Shown piece after piece: positions 1 through 10,962 of a stretch of 64,000 nucleotides of DNA. Under the pieces are notes generated by a model. That model saw nothing but the letters and a program-made list of their open reading frames with translations. It was not told the DNA's origin and searched no databases. Position numbers and translations under genes: made by a program. The stretch comes from an uncultured virus (IMG/VR IMGVR_UViG_2860317346_000001) (lineage: Duplodnaviria; Heunggongvirae; Uroviricota; Caudoviricetes), in IMG/VR virus record IMGVR_UViG_2860317346_000001, positions 62,001 to 126,000 of that record, one strand, 5' to 3'. Positions within the stretch are counted from its first letter, which is position 1. The number at the start of each line of letters is the position of its first letter.

Positions 1-10
1 AGATATAATT

Positions 11-640
11 ATGCAGCAACCGAAATTATTAGAAAGTACCGGGGCTGCTCTAAATACACTTAGGTTGTTGTGTAACGGAATGGCACCCGTTATACGAATA
101 AATGGGCCGGTTACCTTCGTCGACATATACGGTGATACGTATGATGTATCTACGGAAAACGTAACGAATCGGTTCGAACCTATTACATTTTACGACGAAG
201 AAACTAACGTTAGGTTTCGAGGTAGTATGATATACCAGATTCTTGACGCTGAAATAAATTATGATTTTATTCCTGTTAACACTGTTAATTATTCAAACGA
301 TGTTTTTTATATAAACGGCGAAATCAAAACACTAGCCGATATACTGTGTAATTATTCGTCACCGGACGTAATCAATGCGTTACCACGGTTTGACCATAAA
401 AAAATAATATACAACTTTGATGACCGGCAATATATCGGTTATAATGCGGTAGATAAAATAATAGACGACGTTGAGTATAGAAACCATACGTTATCACCTT
501 GTGATAACGGTTATGTTGTGGGACGGCAAAAATATCCGTTTTCAATGTTTCATAGTTACGACACGAATACGTTCGTTAATGATGTATTGGGTGTGGATAT
601 AGCTCCAGTTTCAAATAAACTGTCATTGCTATACTCATAA
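11..640 (+). CDS. hypothetical protein
   Basis: 209-aa ORF, no recognisable motif. Confidence 0.6.
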   Translation: MQQPKLLESTGAALNTLRLLCNGMAPVIRINGPVTFVDIYGDTYDVSTENVTNRFEPITFYDEETNVRFRGSMIYQILDAEINYDFIPVNTVNYSNDVFYINGEIKTLADILCNYSSPDVINALPRFDHKKIIYNFDDRQYIGYNAVDKIIDDVEYRNHTLSPCDNGYVVGRQKYPFSMFHSYDTNTFVNDVLGVDIAPVSNKLSLLYS

Positions 641-645
641 CCGCG

Positions 646-1182
646 CTAACGTTTATTAATCGCAGCTCCTTCCAAGACAGCTAAAATTCTGTCGATAAAT
701 GATTGTGGGAACATGGTACGTATAAACGGTAACTGAAATAGGTTTAACATTATCCATCTCGCGTATAAGACCAAAATGGGTATCACGGTATACGTGAAGT
801 CAAACGACAACCCCATGAGGGTTATTAATTGATTTAACAACACTACACATTCGTATAACATTATAAGGGATAACCCTTTTGTCATACCAATGGTTGCTGA
901 TTTCAATAAAATACCTATGAATTCCCGAACGTGACATGAAAATGAAAAATCATGCGAAGAACACTTCTCGGTTTGCACGCTGAACTGTTTTACCGTCATG
1001 GTCAATACATCCATAACTAAAAACACGTTTAGTATACGTAGAAGTTCAAATTCGGGCTGCATAATATATGCGATAATTACAGTTAGAATGGATAACATGA
1101 AAACACCAGCCGACGCAGATTGCTGTAACACGTATTGTAGTAACCACACCAAAAATACTTCATTTGTTACGTTATTTTCCAA
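646..1182 (-). CDS. membrane protein, putative holin (TcdE/Phage_holin_4-like)
   Basis: Several hydrophobic segments; pattern LxxFLVMDVLT...S..GMTKG...IMLNL...FPQSFIDRIL resembles holin family 4; GAGGTG RBS before TTG start. Confidence 0.5.
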   Translation of the reverse strand: MENNVTNEVFLVWLLQYVLQQSASAGVFMLSILTVIIAYIMQPEFELLRILNVFLVMDVLTMTVKQFSVQTEKCSSHDFSFSCHVREFIGILLKSATIGMTKGLSLIMLYECVVLLNQLITLMGLSFDFTYTVIPILVLYARWIMLNLFQLPFIRTMFPQSFIDRILAVLEGAAINKR

Positions 1183-1210
1183 GAAAACACACCTCTGATT
1201 GGTGATGATT

Positions 1211-1819
1211 ATGTTAGGTAAAATGAAAAACGGTGTCTATGTTCCTGTGTCCGAAAATGGGCCCGAAAATAGATTACAATGCCCCGCGTGTGGTAAGGTA
1301 TTGTTAACCGGTGGGTGTGATTGTACAGCGTACACCGGCGTCAAAATTGACAGCGACCACATACTGAAAATTGAAGAAATTATACAAATCTTGCGAGCTT
1401 CTGGTTATCACCCAGCAAAATTCGGTTTACAAGGTAAACACAAATTCCATTATTCCGATATCATGGTTAAACATGATACACCAGGTTTTCAAAATTCGAT
1501 AACATTGATAAATGAAGAACCACCGATAGAGGAACTTAGGAAGCGAACTTTCGCACTATCTATGGTGAAAATGTTCGTGGGTTATATCGTAGATTACGAT
1601 GCTATTGATGTATCGAAGTCTGAAGCGGTCGATTTTATCGTTGAACATTACGGGTACGTAACTGTTTACAGTAAACGTCGACTATATAACTATTATCCAA
1701 AAACCGATACTTTTATACCGTTAAATCATGTTAATTTGCGGACAGTTACGTCCGATAAAATGAAAAATCAAACATATTATAAGGTATGTAAACTGGAGCC
1801 TAAAGAGGATGTAAAATGA
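1211..1819 (+). CDS. Zn-ribbon-containing hypothetical protein
   Basis: CPAC-x8-CDC near N-terminus; GGTGA RBS at 1201. Confidence 0.6.
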   Translation: MLGKMKNGVYVPVSENGPENRLQCPACGKVLLTGGCDCTAYTGVKIDSDHILKIEEIIQILRASGYHPAKFGLQGKHKFHYSDIMVKHDTPGFQNSITLINEEPPIEELRKRTFALSMVKMFVGYIVDYDAIDVSKSEAVDFIVEHYGYVTVYSKRRLYNYYPKTDTFIPLNHVNLRTVTSDKMKNQTYYKVCKLEPKEDVK

Positions 1820-2043
1820 TAACCAAATTAAATGGTAATCTAGCGTCAACGATGATACGGGGACACATTAAAGCCGTATCAACATACGATGATGCTGAGC
1901 AGGATATAGGTGAATACAAACCTACGTTAGTGTTCAAACTCCCAAAATCCTCATTAAAACTAATATACGCAGATATACGTGGTATGCGTCGTTCGTTAAA
2001 ACACAGTGACGAAGACGAATATTCGTGGTTTTATCTGAGGTGA
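1816..2043 (+). CDS. hypothetical protein
   Basis: 75-aa ORF overlapping upstream stop (ATGA), GAGG RBS. Confidence 0.6.
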   Translation: MITKLNGNLASTMIRGHIKAVSTYDDAEQDIGEYKPTLVFKLPKSSLKLIYADIRGMRRSLKHSDEDEYSWFYLR

Positions 2044-2047
2044 TTAA

Positions 2048-2557
2048 ATGTTTTCAGGAATATTATCTCGCTATAATAAAGATACTGGTACAAAGGAAGC
2101 GTTAGCTAACACGTCGATTACAGCTGTTGATAACATAATCCCTGGTACCATGAAGTTGTACGTACAAACCGATTACACCGATATTAACGTTGGTGATTTA
2201 ATCGCTTTAACGATAGGTGATTATGATTACTATATGGTCGTCGACTTTGCGTATAGTACCGAATTGATATTAGTTGATTTATTAACGTACAACTTTACCG
2301 TTAGATTTGAATCAACGACGTTCAAATCGTTTATAACAAAATTACAACCATATATGATATTCAACGATACGTATGTACCAGATGTTATTGATTTTGATAT
2401 AAACACAGGTAGACTTATTGATGTTTTGGTACAATGTCAAAGTCGAGGTGTATCATTATCAGCACTTACCGGCTCAATTAGGGTAGTTGAGGTAGATAAG
2501 AGTATCCACCCGGAGCCTACAGTTGAAATGATATGTAATTCGTGGTCGATATGCTAG
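2048..2557 (+). CDS. hypothetical protein, possible tail hub/baseplate-like subunit
   Basis: AGGTGA RBS; beta-rich, INVGDLIALTIG resembles hub-type barrel strands (weak). Confidence 0.45.
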   Translation: MFSGILSRYNKDTGTKEALANTSITAVDNIIPGTMKLYVQTDYTDINVGDLIALTIGDYDYYMVVDFAYSTELILVDLLTYNFTVRFESTTFKSFITKLQPYMIFNDTYVPDVIDFDINTGRLIDVLVQCQSRGVSLSALTGSIRVVEVDKSIHPEPTVEMICNSWSIC

Positions 2558-3720
2558 TTACATCGGGGTGTACGTATAACGATAAAACATTCGGTGCATC
2601 GTATGGTTTTGTACCCGCATCGGTATTCGCTTTTCGTGAAACGATGAAAACCACACTTGATACACTGAACAGAAAATTGATGGACAGACAGATAAACGAT
2701 AATATAAACTATTATCCTATCAATCTCGATAAATTTGTAAAAGCTGGTGTTTTGAAGACGAAACAATTAAAATCAGCACTACAACCATCAATCGAATTAG
2801 ATGTATGCGATGTTTATACAGGGTTCGCTTCCGTGTTAACGGATATGGAATCAGTAAACGTCTGTACTATTTTGGATTTAGAAAAGCTTAAAACCTTCAT
2901 ATTACCACCGGCCGCATACACGGAATACGATTACAAATATGTTATACCCGTTGTCGAGTTGATGTATTTGGCTAAAGACCAAAACGTTATCAGTGATGTT
3001 GATAATGACTCATTAACGGCGTACCTAAACACACAGGGGTTTAATCCAACTATAACGCTACCTGATAATGTATTTACGTACAATAACATTAATTACATTT
3101 ACGATGACATGAATTCACTATTTTCGTTGTTATTTAGTGATATGTATGAAATGGTAACCAAATACACCGGTGGTTATATTGTAAATTTAAAGGTACAGAC
3201 TTCGATGAAATATGAAGTGGTTGACATGTATCCGGTTAATAGTGACAATTACGTTAATTCGAAAAATTTCTATTACACCGTCATGTATGGTAACGATTAC
3301 TTTATTTATAGGTCACAAGCGGCAAAAACCGGTGAACAAATAACTATCGATGGTAATATCTTCGATGACGTTGAGCTTACAAAAGATTTCTACATCACGT
3401 TCTATACTAAAACTAACACCTTGGAATCCATAGCTGGTGTGTTGGAAAAAGAAATTGAATCCGTGTTATCTAAAGTTGTCGAGAAAGCGTACCCTGGTAT
3501 TCGTGTTGATGGTGATAATCGCTTCAAACCGATATGTAGGGTGTCTATTAATGATTTAACCGTAGATGATATCTCCGTTTACAATTCACCAAAAATGATG
3601 AACAACAAGACTTTTACCGTAACTGAGTATACGACGAAAGAAGTACTAACGAAAGGTACACACTCGGATGTAATCGTTGATATTGATATAGGCGATGCTG
3701 AGGTGACATTATGCGTTTAA
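2551..3720 (+). CDS. hypothetical protein (putative virion protein)
   Basis: ~390-aa ORF in tightly packed operon. Confidence 0.55.
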   Translation: MLVTSGCTYNDKTFGASYGFVPASVFAFRETMKTTLDTLNRKLMDRQINDNINYYPINLDKFVKAGVLKTKQLKSALQPSIELDVCDVYTGFASVLTDMESVNVCTILDLEKLKTFILPPAAYTEYDYKYVIPVVELMYLAKDQNVISDVDNDSLTAYLNTQGFNPTITLPDNVFTYNNINYIYDDMNSLFSLLFSDMYEMVTKYTGGYIVNLKVQTSMKYEVVDMYPVNSDNYVNSKNFYYTVMYGNDYFIYRSQAAKTGEQITIDGNIFDDVELTKDFYITFYTKTNTLESIAGVLEKEIESVLSKVVEKAYPGIRVDGDNRFKPICRVSINDLTVDDISVYNSPKMMNNKTFTVTEYTTKEVLTKGTHSDVIVDIDIGDAEVTLCV

Positions 3721-5504
3721 ACCTCACAACCATGGAACCTGTATACGACGATACGATAAACCCACTGTATTTTATACGTCGTATGGATGGTGTGTGTGTG
3801 CACATTACACCTTCGTTACAATTAAAAGACGCCACCTACGAATGGTATATAGATAACACGTTTTATTCGAACGCTAAATCGATTGTATACATACCAGATT
3901 CGTACGAAGTAGTCGTAAAACTTATAATCACAAAAGCCGACCATGTAACTGAATTGACCCAAACATTTGGCAATACGCTCGAATTAGGTACACGTGACAA
4001 ATACATGGATAAATCGTACAGTGATATGCGATTTAGGGTTATACGTAACGAAGATGATGAAAAAATCGTACAAGTTAAAGGTAACACGATGTGTATCGAT
4101 AATATATCGATTAAATCGGAAATACCCGCAGTTGATATTAAGAAACACTATTTCAAAGAAAAACTTGATGTTCCTGAAGAAGAAAAGGAATACGATGAGT
4201 TAGGTAATGAGATAATTGTATATCACGATTTTGATATAACCGAAGTAGCCACTAACGTATTTAGATTATCTAATTTCACAGACGATTTCGGTGTGTATTA
4301 TCGAGAATTGGAATTATGGTTCAGCGTTAATACCGTACACTACATTCAACTCGTTAACCTACTATATAACCCAGTAAATACGAGTAGTTTGGTAAATATC
4401 CTAAACTCCGTAACATATTTCATTGACCCGTTAACATCGATATTGATGCATGAACGTGGTAATGCCGAACAGTATGAGCCTTCCGTGTTCGTAATGAGTG
4501 CTATATCAAATACTTTCGTTGACATTAACCCTGTAGAATCAACAAACGTTATCATAGAAGGTGATGAATTCACGGATGGGATAATTACCGGTACGTCAAG
4601 TGTTTTCTCCGGTGAAGCTGCTCGTTGGAATCATAAAGGTTACGTGTCATATGGTACCTATTACGAAGTCTGTTCACCTGACCCAACGACGTTTAGATAT
4701 AGCGGAGCTGTGTACGAAAACGTATACACGTTACGTATACAAAATAATTCAGTAGCTAAAGCTATAGTTATTGAACGGTTGGACGGTGAAACGTGGGTTC
4801 CAATTTTATTAACCGCTAATTCGGACGCAACGCCTTACCCAATAAAAGTATCCGATAAAATATCATTGGATAACTTATATGGTTTCGCTTACGATTCTGA
4901 AGATTATGCGTTCTTTGATGAACCAACACATGTTTACTTTACACCGTATATACCGGGTGTTCATAAAATAAAATACATAACAAAAACACAAGAAGGCACG
5001 TTAGTGAGCAATTTTTGTGAAATAGCCACGAACGAAAGGTTTGAAATTAAATCAAATGACAATTACATAACTGATAATTCACTAAATCGTACACTATTGG
5101 GAAACAAATTGTATGTATTGGAGGAAACTGTATTAGAAAAACACGATACGGTTATAAAATTGGATACAGGTAGTAATTACGACTGCACGGAAGGGTTTAC
5201 CGCCCTAGACGATAAACATCATTACGAAACAAACCATTTAACCATCGAACCTATAACTACAGATACGTTGGTTGAGGATTGCTCTGCGACAAAGTTAATA
5301 TACGATGAAATGATGAAGCAAAACATGCGTATATTTAATTATACAAATATGTTTAAACGTCACTGCAAAATAGATTCTGAAGTGCCGTTAACATCACCAT
5401 TTTTACACTTCCTTAACTGTTCATACCGCATAGTATACCCGTCAACAAAACGACCACAAACATACTACATAGGTACGTTCGATACACGGTTGATGGTGGT
5501 CTAA
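3711..5504 (+). CDS. putative virion protein with Ig/PKD-like segment
   Basis: 597 aa, beta-rich; TYEWYIDN...YEVVVKLIIT resembles an Ig/PKD-like strand pattern; GAGGTGA RBS. Confidence 0.5.
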   Translation: MRLNLTTMEPVYDDTINPLYFIRRMDGVCVHITPSLQLKDATYEWYIDNTFYSNAKSIVYIPDSYEVVVKLIITKADHVTELTQTFGNTLELGTRDKYMDKSYSDMRFRVIRNEDDEKIVQVKGNTMCIDNISIKSEIPAVDIKKHYFKEKLDVPEEEKEYDELGNEIIVYHDFDITEVATNVFRLSNFTDDFGVYYRELELWFSVNTVHYIQLVNLLYNPVNTSSLVNILNSVTYFIDPLTSILMHERGNAEQYEPSVFVMSAISNTFVDINPVESTNVIIEGDEFTDGIITGTSSVFSGEAARWNHKGYVSYGTYYEVCSPDPTTFRYSGAVYENVYTLRIQNNSVAKAIVIERLDGETWVPILLTANSDATPYPIKVSDKISLDNLYGFAYDSEDYAFFDEPTHVYFTPYIPGVHKIKYITKTQEGTLVSNFCEIATNERFEIKSNDNYITDNSLNRTLLGNKLYVLEETVLEKHDTVIKLDTGSNYDCTEGFTALDDKHHYETNHLTIEPITTDTLVEDCSATKLIYDEMMKQNMRIFNYTNMFKRHCKIDSEVPLTSPFLHFLNCSYRIVYPSTKRPQTYYIGTFDTRLMVV

Positions 5505-7192
5505 TGATAGTCGATATTACCCAAACTTACATAAAAAGTACAGTAAACGTAATCAAATCGGCAACGAATATAGACGATACGTATTCATATACACGTCAAA
5601 TTGATGTCGATATACCTTACGATAGTACTGACCCGATTTTTATCCCAATCAATACTACCCTTTTTGCCGAAGGTGTAGCGTTGTATAAATACAATACAAC
5701 AACTGGTAAATACGAATCACTGGATAATACGCTATTCGTCGTTAAAAGTAATACAGGTGTCATTTTAGGTGTTGTTGCGTCGATAAATGAAAGCGGTAAA
5801 TACGCTGTAATGTTCGATAAACAATTATCACTAACACAACCGGAATTATACCACGTTACATCAAAATATTTTGGTGTAGGTGGTGTACAGGACTTTGGGC
5901 ACGGGATTCAATCCGAGAAAGCGTCATGTGTAAACATCAACCTAACCTTGGATGCTATAAAAAGCGATACATACTCTGAACTTAGTGCTGCAACAACATC
6001 ACGTATTATACGTTCCGGTACACACGGTGAGATATCAGGTGTTGACCCTACAGAAAAACGTTCACTATTCCGCGCCACACAAGGTGACTGGAACGAATCA
6101 AATGTATGTACCCGAACACATAGATTGTGTTTAAAGGATATACCATATGAATTCAGTATGACGTTTAAATTGAGCCGCATCGATTTATTAGCTTCGGAAA
6201 TAATACAAGAAGCACAATCTTCACCGAAAACAAACGGTTTTAATGTGTTAGGTGTTAGTAACCGTTCAGTAGATTACCCAGTTAAAGGTAGTACGTTTGA
6301 ACATAAAAAATACGGTATAGGTTACACGGCGGCGAATGAAGTTTCTAACTTTAATGTGATAAAATACGATGCTGATGCCGATGCTCTACACGAAATAGGT
6401 GTATTGAACTATAACCGTGGATTTTTTGGTAATACATACAATGAAAACGCGGCGCGTTTAGATGCTTTATGTTTTGGTAACATGTCATGTACCGTTGGTA
6501 GAACATCGCGTATAGATTCGTTAGCCAACTTTAGAGCATATACGAATCCATTTACGTCGAAACATCTTAATACGAATCAGAATTGTTTCTATATGGAAGG
6601 AACACCACTGGTATCGATGTTACACGTTAATGTTGGTGATGCGTTATCGGTCGGTGAGATAGGTGTAATGCCTGAACTCAGTATACCGGATGCACGTGTT
6701 TTATACCAAGATTTATATGTGTCCGGTAAATCATCGCTTATAAGCTTCAAATCGGATGATAGCCATATGGCATCACTTGAAGCGTTGGCGATTAACCAAA
6801 AAACCATACCTAATGTGCTATTCCCGCTAAAAGTACTAACCTCGTTTAACGAAACGTCCCTTACGAATTTACGATTACCTATAAAAGGTACGGATTCTTA
6901 TTCGGACGCTACATTGGTACATTCTAATAAACAGATATTAGAAAATGTGATAATCGCACTGTCAAAATTATCTACAAACGTTCAAGCTATCCAATATTCG
7001 ATGTACGTATTGTCAAAATACGATATAACACAAAACGTGAATGTCGTACCAGCTCTATCATACCGTTCGAAACAGAGTATGCTAGAATCCGGTATTTCGG
7101 TTAAAAACGATTCAACACCGACTACAAATCGTTGTGTTTCTGTAAAAATTCCAGTAATTGAAATTCTCGTAGGAAATGCGAATAAAAATTAA
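5504..7192 (+). CDS. hypothetical protein (putative virion/tail protein)
   Basis: 562 aa, S/T/N-rich; TAATG translational coupling. Confidence 0.55.
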   Translation: MIVDITQTYIKSTVNVIKSATNIDDTYSYTRQIDVDIPYDSTDPIFIPINTTLFAEGVALYKYNTTTGKYESLDNTLFVVKSNTGVILGVVASINESGKYAVMFDKQLSLTQPELYHVTSKYFGVGGVQDFGHGIQSEKASCVNINLTLDAIKSDTYSELSAATTSRIIRSGTHGEISGVDPTEKRSLFRATQGDWNESNVCTRTHRLCLKDIPYEFSMTFKLSRIDLLASEIIQEAQSSPKTNGFNVLGVSNRSVDYPVKGSTFEHKKYGIGYTAANEVSNFNVIKYDADADALHEIGVLNYNRGFFGNTYNENAARLDALCFGNMSCTVGRTSRIDSLANFRAYTNPFTSKHLNTNQNCFYMEGTPLVSMLHVNVGDALSVGEIGVMPELSIPDARVLYQDLYVSGKSSLISFKSDDSHMASLEALAINQKTIPNVLFPLKVLTSFNETSLTNLRLPIKGTDSYSDATLVHSNKQILENVIIALSKLSTNVQAIQYSMYVLSKYDITQNVNVVPALSYRSKQSMLESGISVKNDSTPTTNRCVSVKIPVIEILVGNANKN

Positions 7193-8287
7193 ATGGTGAT
7201 TAATTTGATTATTCAACCTCACAAGTCTATATTTGTAGGTCCTGTAACCAGCGGTGAATCAGAAGCTCACCAGGTTACAATAAACATGTCATTGGGTGTC
7301 AAAATTGATGACGTGTTAGATGATAATGCGAATTCAGCAGCTATGAAGTGGTCCGTGGAGTTTTTGAAATCCAAGAACTATTTAACACCGGATGGTAACT
7401 ACCCACACATAACCGATGTTCAGTATTCACAAGAAGACCTTAACTCATTCAACTCATTGTATACGGGTACCGGTGAAACGTACGTATACATCCCTGAGTT
7501 CGATGGTGATGGTATGCCAATCTATTATGATGTCGCATGTAATTTCGACACCGTACCAACTACAGGTGTAGGTAAATTACATCTACCAATAATAGAAGCG
7601 TATAATTACAGCGCGACCGAATTCTTCTACAAAGATGCGATTAATTTTGAATTAATTTATAATTTTGACACTGTTGGCACTGTTACGCCATTATCCGCGG
7701 TTAGCGGAAACTCAACACCATTTACGGAAGTAGCCGTAACGCCGGTTTCGAACGTATTTACGGGTGGCGGATATTTATTCTACTACACGACGACTTACCT
7801 AAACGACTTGGGTCAGTATTTGTCCGTTAACGATGTAACCAACGATAACGTAAAATACGTTGAAGGTGTTTCCCGTAACATTCAATCGCAATGGTTTTCC
7901 GGCTTTATCATGAGAACGATGTTCCCAGGGTTCCGTGACGGAAATTATGCTGGTGTAGCTACAACCACGAATACGTTCTTAAATGGTATAAAAAAACAAT
8001 TGCTATACTGTAACCCACACAACATCGCCTCAGTTGCTGGTGTTGATGAAGGTTCATACGATTACGCGTTAGTGTTCTATACGGCACCATACCAGGTGTT
8101 AGCTATGGATTCTGGTAAAAGTAGCATTTTCGTTGTAGACCAATACGAAGGTGTCATGTCAGTTGGAAATGTAAATTACTACGATGACAAGTATTATGTC
8201 GTTCCTTTGAAACCGGGACAAATACTCGCGTCACCTGAAGGTATGATGGTTTCAAGTATTAAATACATCACAATCAGGGATGAATAA
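7193..8287 (+). CDS. hypothetical protein (putative virion/tail protein)
   Basis: 364 aa, Y/T/V/G-rich beta composition. Confidence 0.55.
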   Translation: MVINLIIQPHKSIFVGPVTSGESEAHQVTINMSLGVKIDDVLDDNANSAAMKWSVEFLKSKNYLTPDGNYPHITDVQYSQEDLNSFNSLYTGTGETYVYIPEFDGDGMPIYYDVACNFDTVPTTGVGKLHLPIIEAYNYSATEFFYKDAINFELIYNFDTVGTVTPLSAVSGNSTPFTEVAVTPVSNVFTGGGYLFYYTTTYLNDLGQYLSVNDVTNDNVKYVEGVSRNIQSQWFSGFIMRTMFPGFRDGNYAGVATTTNTFLNGIKKQLLYCNPHNIASVAGVDEGSYDYALVFYTAPYQVLAMDSGKSSIFVVDQYEGVMSVGNVNYYDDKYYVVPLKPGQILASPEGMMVSSIKYITIRDE

Positions 8288-8298
8288 GGTGGTATCAA

Positions 8299-9522
8299 AT
8301 GATTGTAATTAATTTCCCATATTATGCACCGGTTAACGCGAATGTGAACAGAATTATCGCATCCCGTGATAAAATTACCAACGCTACAAACTTGTATGTA
8401 AAATACGCCGATTCAACTGTAAAACCAAAACAGTATAAATTAAACGGTGTACTCACGGATAACACAACCGATAAATGGTTCGATTTAAGTTTATCCAATA
8501 CGACAAACCCGAGAGAAATCTACAACGATCAAACCGACAAGTGGAAACTTGATAAACGTAATTACATCTTAATCGACAGGTATAACCCTGCGGTAGCGGA
8601 TGCGGATTTAGGTTATGCGTTCGAATACGTTGATGGTGGTGACACGTACCGTTTCAGAATAGATGATGAGACCGAAATTAGAATTAAAACAAACATCATT
8701 TCGGTTGGTGGTGTCACCGAATCAGTTATCGGTACGAGTGTATCCGAAATGCAAGTTGTCGATATGTCAAATTACATGGTTGTAACTGCGGATGACATTA
8801 GTGCATCCGGTAAAGACCCGGCAAGTTACCAAACGTGGCTGTGTAAAGCATCTATTCCGACACCAACAAACTTAGTTTATACACAAACTAACGGTGATGG
8901 TGATAAAGTTATCAAAACAGGTGGGTTAGTCAGTATACAGTATTCACAGTTCAAAAATGAAGCTAGTGAGCCTATCTGTATATCGGAAGTTGTTACCGAC
9001 AACGAAACACTTTACCACTGGGCGTCCTGCGCAGCATTACCAGATTCTAAATCCGGTATTCTCGGACACAACGTGTTTACAGTAAACAACAACATTATGT
9101 TCCAGTTAAATTACAACCAGTACTATAACCCGGTAGACCCATCTACGGCTTACAAATGGGATTACGCTGTTGTATCTTTAACGAAACCCGATGAATATTT
9201 ATTGCTACCAAGTGAAGCGTATTCCGGTTTAGAAAGTGTAGGGTATCAAACAGTAAATGACCCAGTTGTTTACGTTACACATAAAGATATCCTCGAAGAT
9301 GGAACCATCGTTGAGGTTGGTACAACTAGATTAGGATTCATTAACCAAACAACCCAAGTTATTATCGGCCACACCACGAAAGTGGTTGGTGAGGAAACAA
9401 TCCACGCATTCGACGAAGTATTCGTTGTAGGTGGTTCATCTTCAGCTTGGGTGGATTTCGGATTAGTGGATGTTAAATATTACACAGAAATAGCTAAATT
9501 TGAAGCTGAAATGGCTTTATAA
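8299..9522 (+). CDS. hypothetical protein (putative virion/tail protein)
   Basis: 407 aa, AGGTGG RBS, beta-rich. Confidence 0.55.
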   Translation: MIVINFPYYAPVNANVNRIIASRDKITNATNLYVKYADSTVKPKQYKLNGVLTDNTTDKWFDLSLSNTTNPREIYNDQTDKWKLDKRNYILIDRYNPAVADADLGYAFEYVDGGDTYRFRIDDETEIRIKTNIISVGGVTESVIGTSVSEMQVVDMSNYMVVTADDISASGKDPASYQTWLCKASIPTPTNLVYTQTNGDGDKVIKTGGLVSIQYSQFKNEASEPICISEVVTDNETLYHWASCAALPDSKSGILGHNVFTVNNNIMFQLNYNQYYNPVDPSTAYKWDYAVVSLTKPDEYLLLPSEAYSGLESVGYQTVNDPVVYVTHKDILEDGTIVEVGTTRLGFINQTTQVIIGHTTKVVGEETIHAFDEVFVVGGSSSAWVDFGLVDVKYYTEIAKFEAEMAL

Positions 9523-9541
9523 TTATAACGGGTGGTAAATC

Positions 9542-10750
9542 GTGAAACTGTACGGACATACGTTTACAAGTGACGATAAACACCACAATTTTATCGATGA
9601 GATGGTTAAACCATCTTCACCATACATTTTTTCAATTTTCGGTAAAGCTGATTCTTTAGCTATCGAAACATCATCAACACACAACTTTTACGATTTAGAA
9701 GTATCGGTTGTATTCGATAAAGTTTTTATTCGTAATTTATCAAGTGAAACATTGCTGTTATCGCTATCGAACGGTAAATATTGTTCAATAAATAATTTCG
9801 ATGAACAAAAAGGTTCGTTTTACGCTAAACCGAATATGTTTGAGATATCAAATTCGTGGTTCATCGTAATCAAACCGTATGATGTAATTTCATTCTTTTA
9901 CGTAACTTATGGTACCGAAATGGAAATACAAACTAGACCATTATATAGTGACCCGGTTTGTTATGACCCTGTAAGTGACAAAGAGTATGTGATACCAAAT
10001 GGTGTATTATCGAATATTACAGATAAATACATCACACTGCGGTTTTTTACCGTAATAACTACGAAATATACGTTATCGGATGATGAATTAAATGAAAAAG
10101 TATGGTTTGTCGATGGTATACAGAATACCGAACTTGATGTGGGTATGCATCGTGTAAACGTTTTCATATCACCTGGAACGAGCGTGGATTTGTCGAATTT
10201 TATATTCGTACCACCGAATTGTATCGCTGAGTATCCAGAAGTAGCGTACACACCGCAATCAATAAAAGGAAATATCCTTTACAGAATCCAACTACCTTCT
10301 CAGTACGATTTCGTCAATATCTACGTGAATGATGTTGAAGTTCAATCCGTAAGAATAGGATACGCGGTTTATTTCAAAACGCCGTCTACTTTTACGAAGA
10401 TTACACTCAACGCTGAACGTGCATCAAAAATATTAACTCTTACCGACATTTATCAATCAGACTATATAGTCGACGTTGAATATTCGATACCGTTTAATTT
10501 CATAAACATCCACGGTGTGGATAAAGGGTTGGGTACTACTAACAAAATACTCAACTATAACTTCGCTAAAAACGAAATAACCGTAGAATTAGATATCACG
10601 GGTTTTGTTTCGGCGATATACCCCGGTGAATATTTTATGATAAGTGGTACTACGGAAAATGGTACGATGGTAAAGGATGCACAGTTTAAAATTACGTCGA
10701 TTGATACTACCGACCCTGAGAATACCGTTATAATTGGTAAACGTGTGTAA
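9542..10750 (+). CDS. hypothetical protein (putative virion protein)
   Basis: 402 aa, GTG start with GGTGG RBS. Confidence 0.55.
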   Translation: MKLYGHTFTSDDKHHNFIDEMVKPSSPYIFSIFGKADSLAIETSSTHNFYDLEVSVVFDKVFIRNLSSETLLLSLSNGKYCSINNFDEQKGSFYAKPNMFEISNSWFIVIKPYDVISFFYVTYGTEMEIQTRPLYSDPVCYDPVSDKEYVIPNGVLSNITDKYITLRFFTVITTKYTLSDDELNEKVWFVDGIQNTELDVGMHRVNVFISPGTSVDLSNFIFVPPNCIAEYPEVAYTPQSIKGNILYRIQLPSQYDFVNIYVNDVEVQSVRIGYAVYFKTPSTFTKITLNAERASKILTLTDIYQSDYIVDVEYSIPFNFINIHGVDKGLGTTNKILNYNFAKNEITVELDITGFVSAIYPGEYFMISGTTENGTMVKDAQFKITSIDTTDPENTVIIGKRV

Positions 10751-10752
10751 TT

Positions 10753-10962
10753 ATGTCAAATTCTAAAATACATATGGTTACTGGACGTAATGTAATCACT
10801 ACGGATATGGAAATTATTCCAATATCCGATTTTTTATACCGCGAACTTGAACGAAATGAAATCGTGAACGATACATTTGGTATAATAAATGAAAATGATA
10901 CCAGATACCGTTCATTATCCATGAAAGATACCCTAAAATTAATTGATGAATATTTAAAGTGA
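10753..10962 (+). CDS. hypothetical protein
   Basis: 69-aa ORF filling operon gap. Confidence 0.55.
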   Translation: MSNSKIHMVTGRNVITTDMEIIPISDFLYRELERNEIVNDTFGIINENDTRYRSLSMKDTLKLIDEYLK

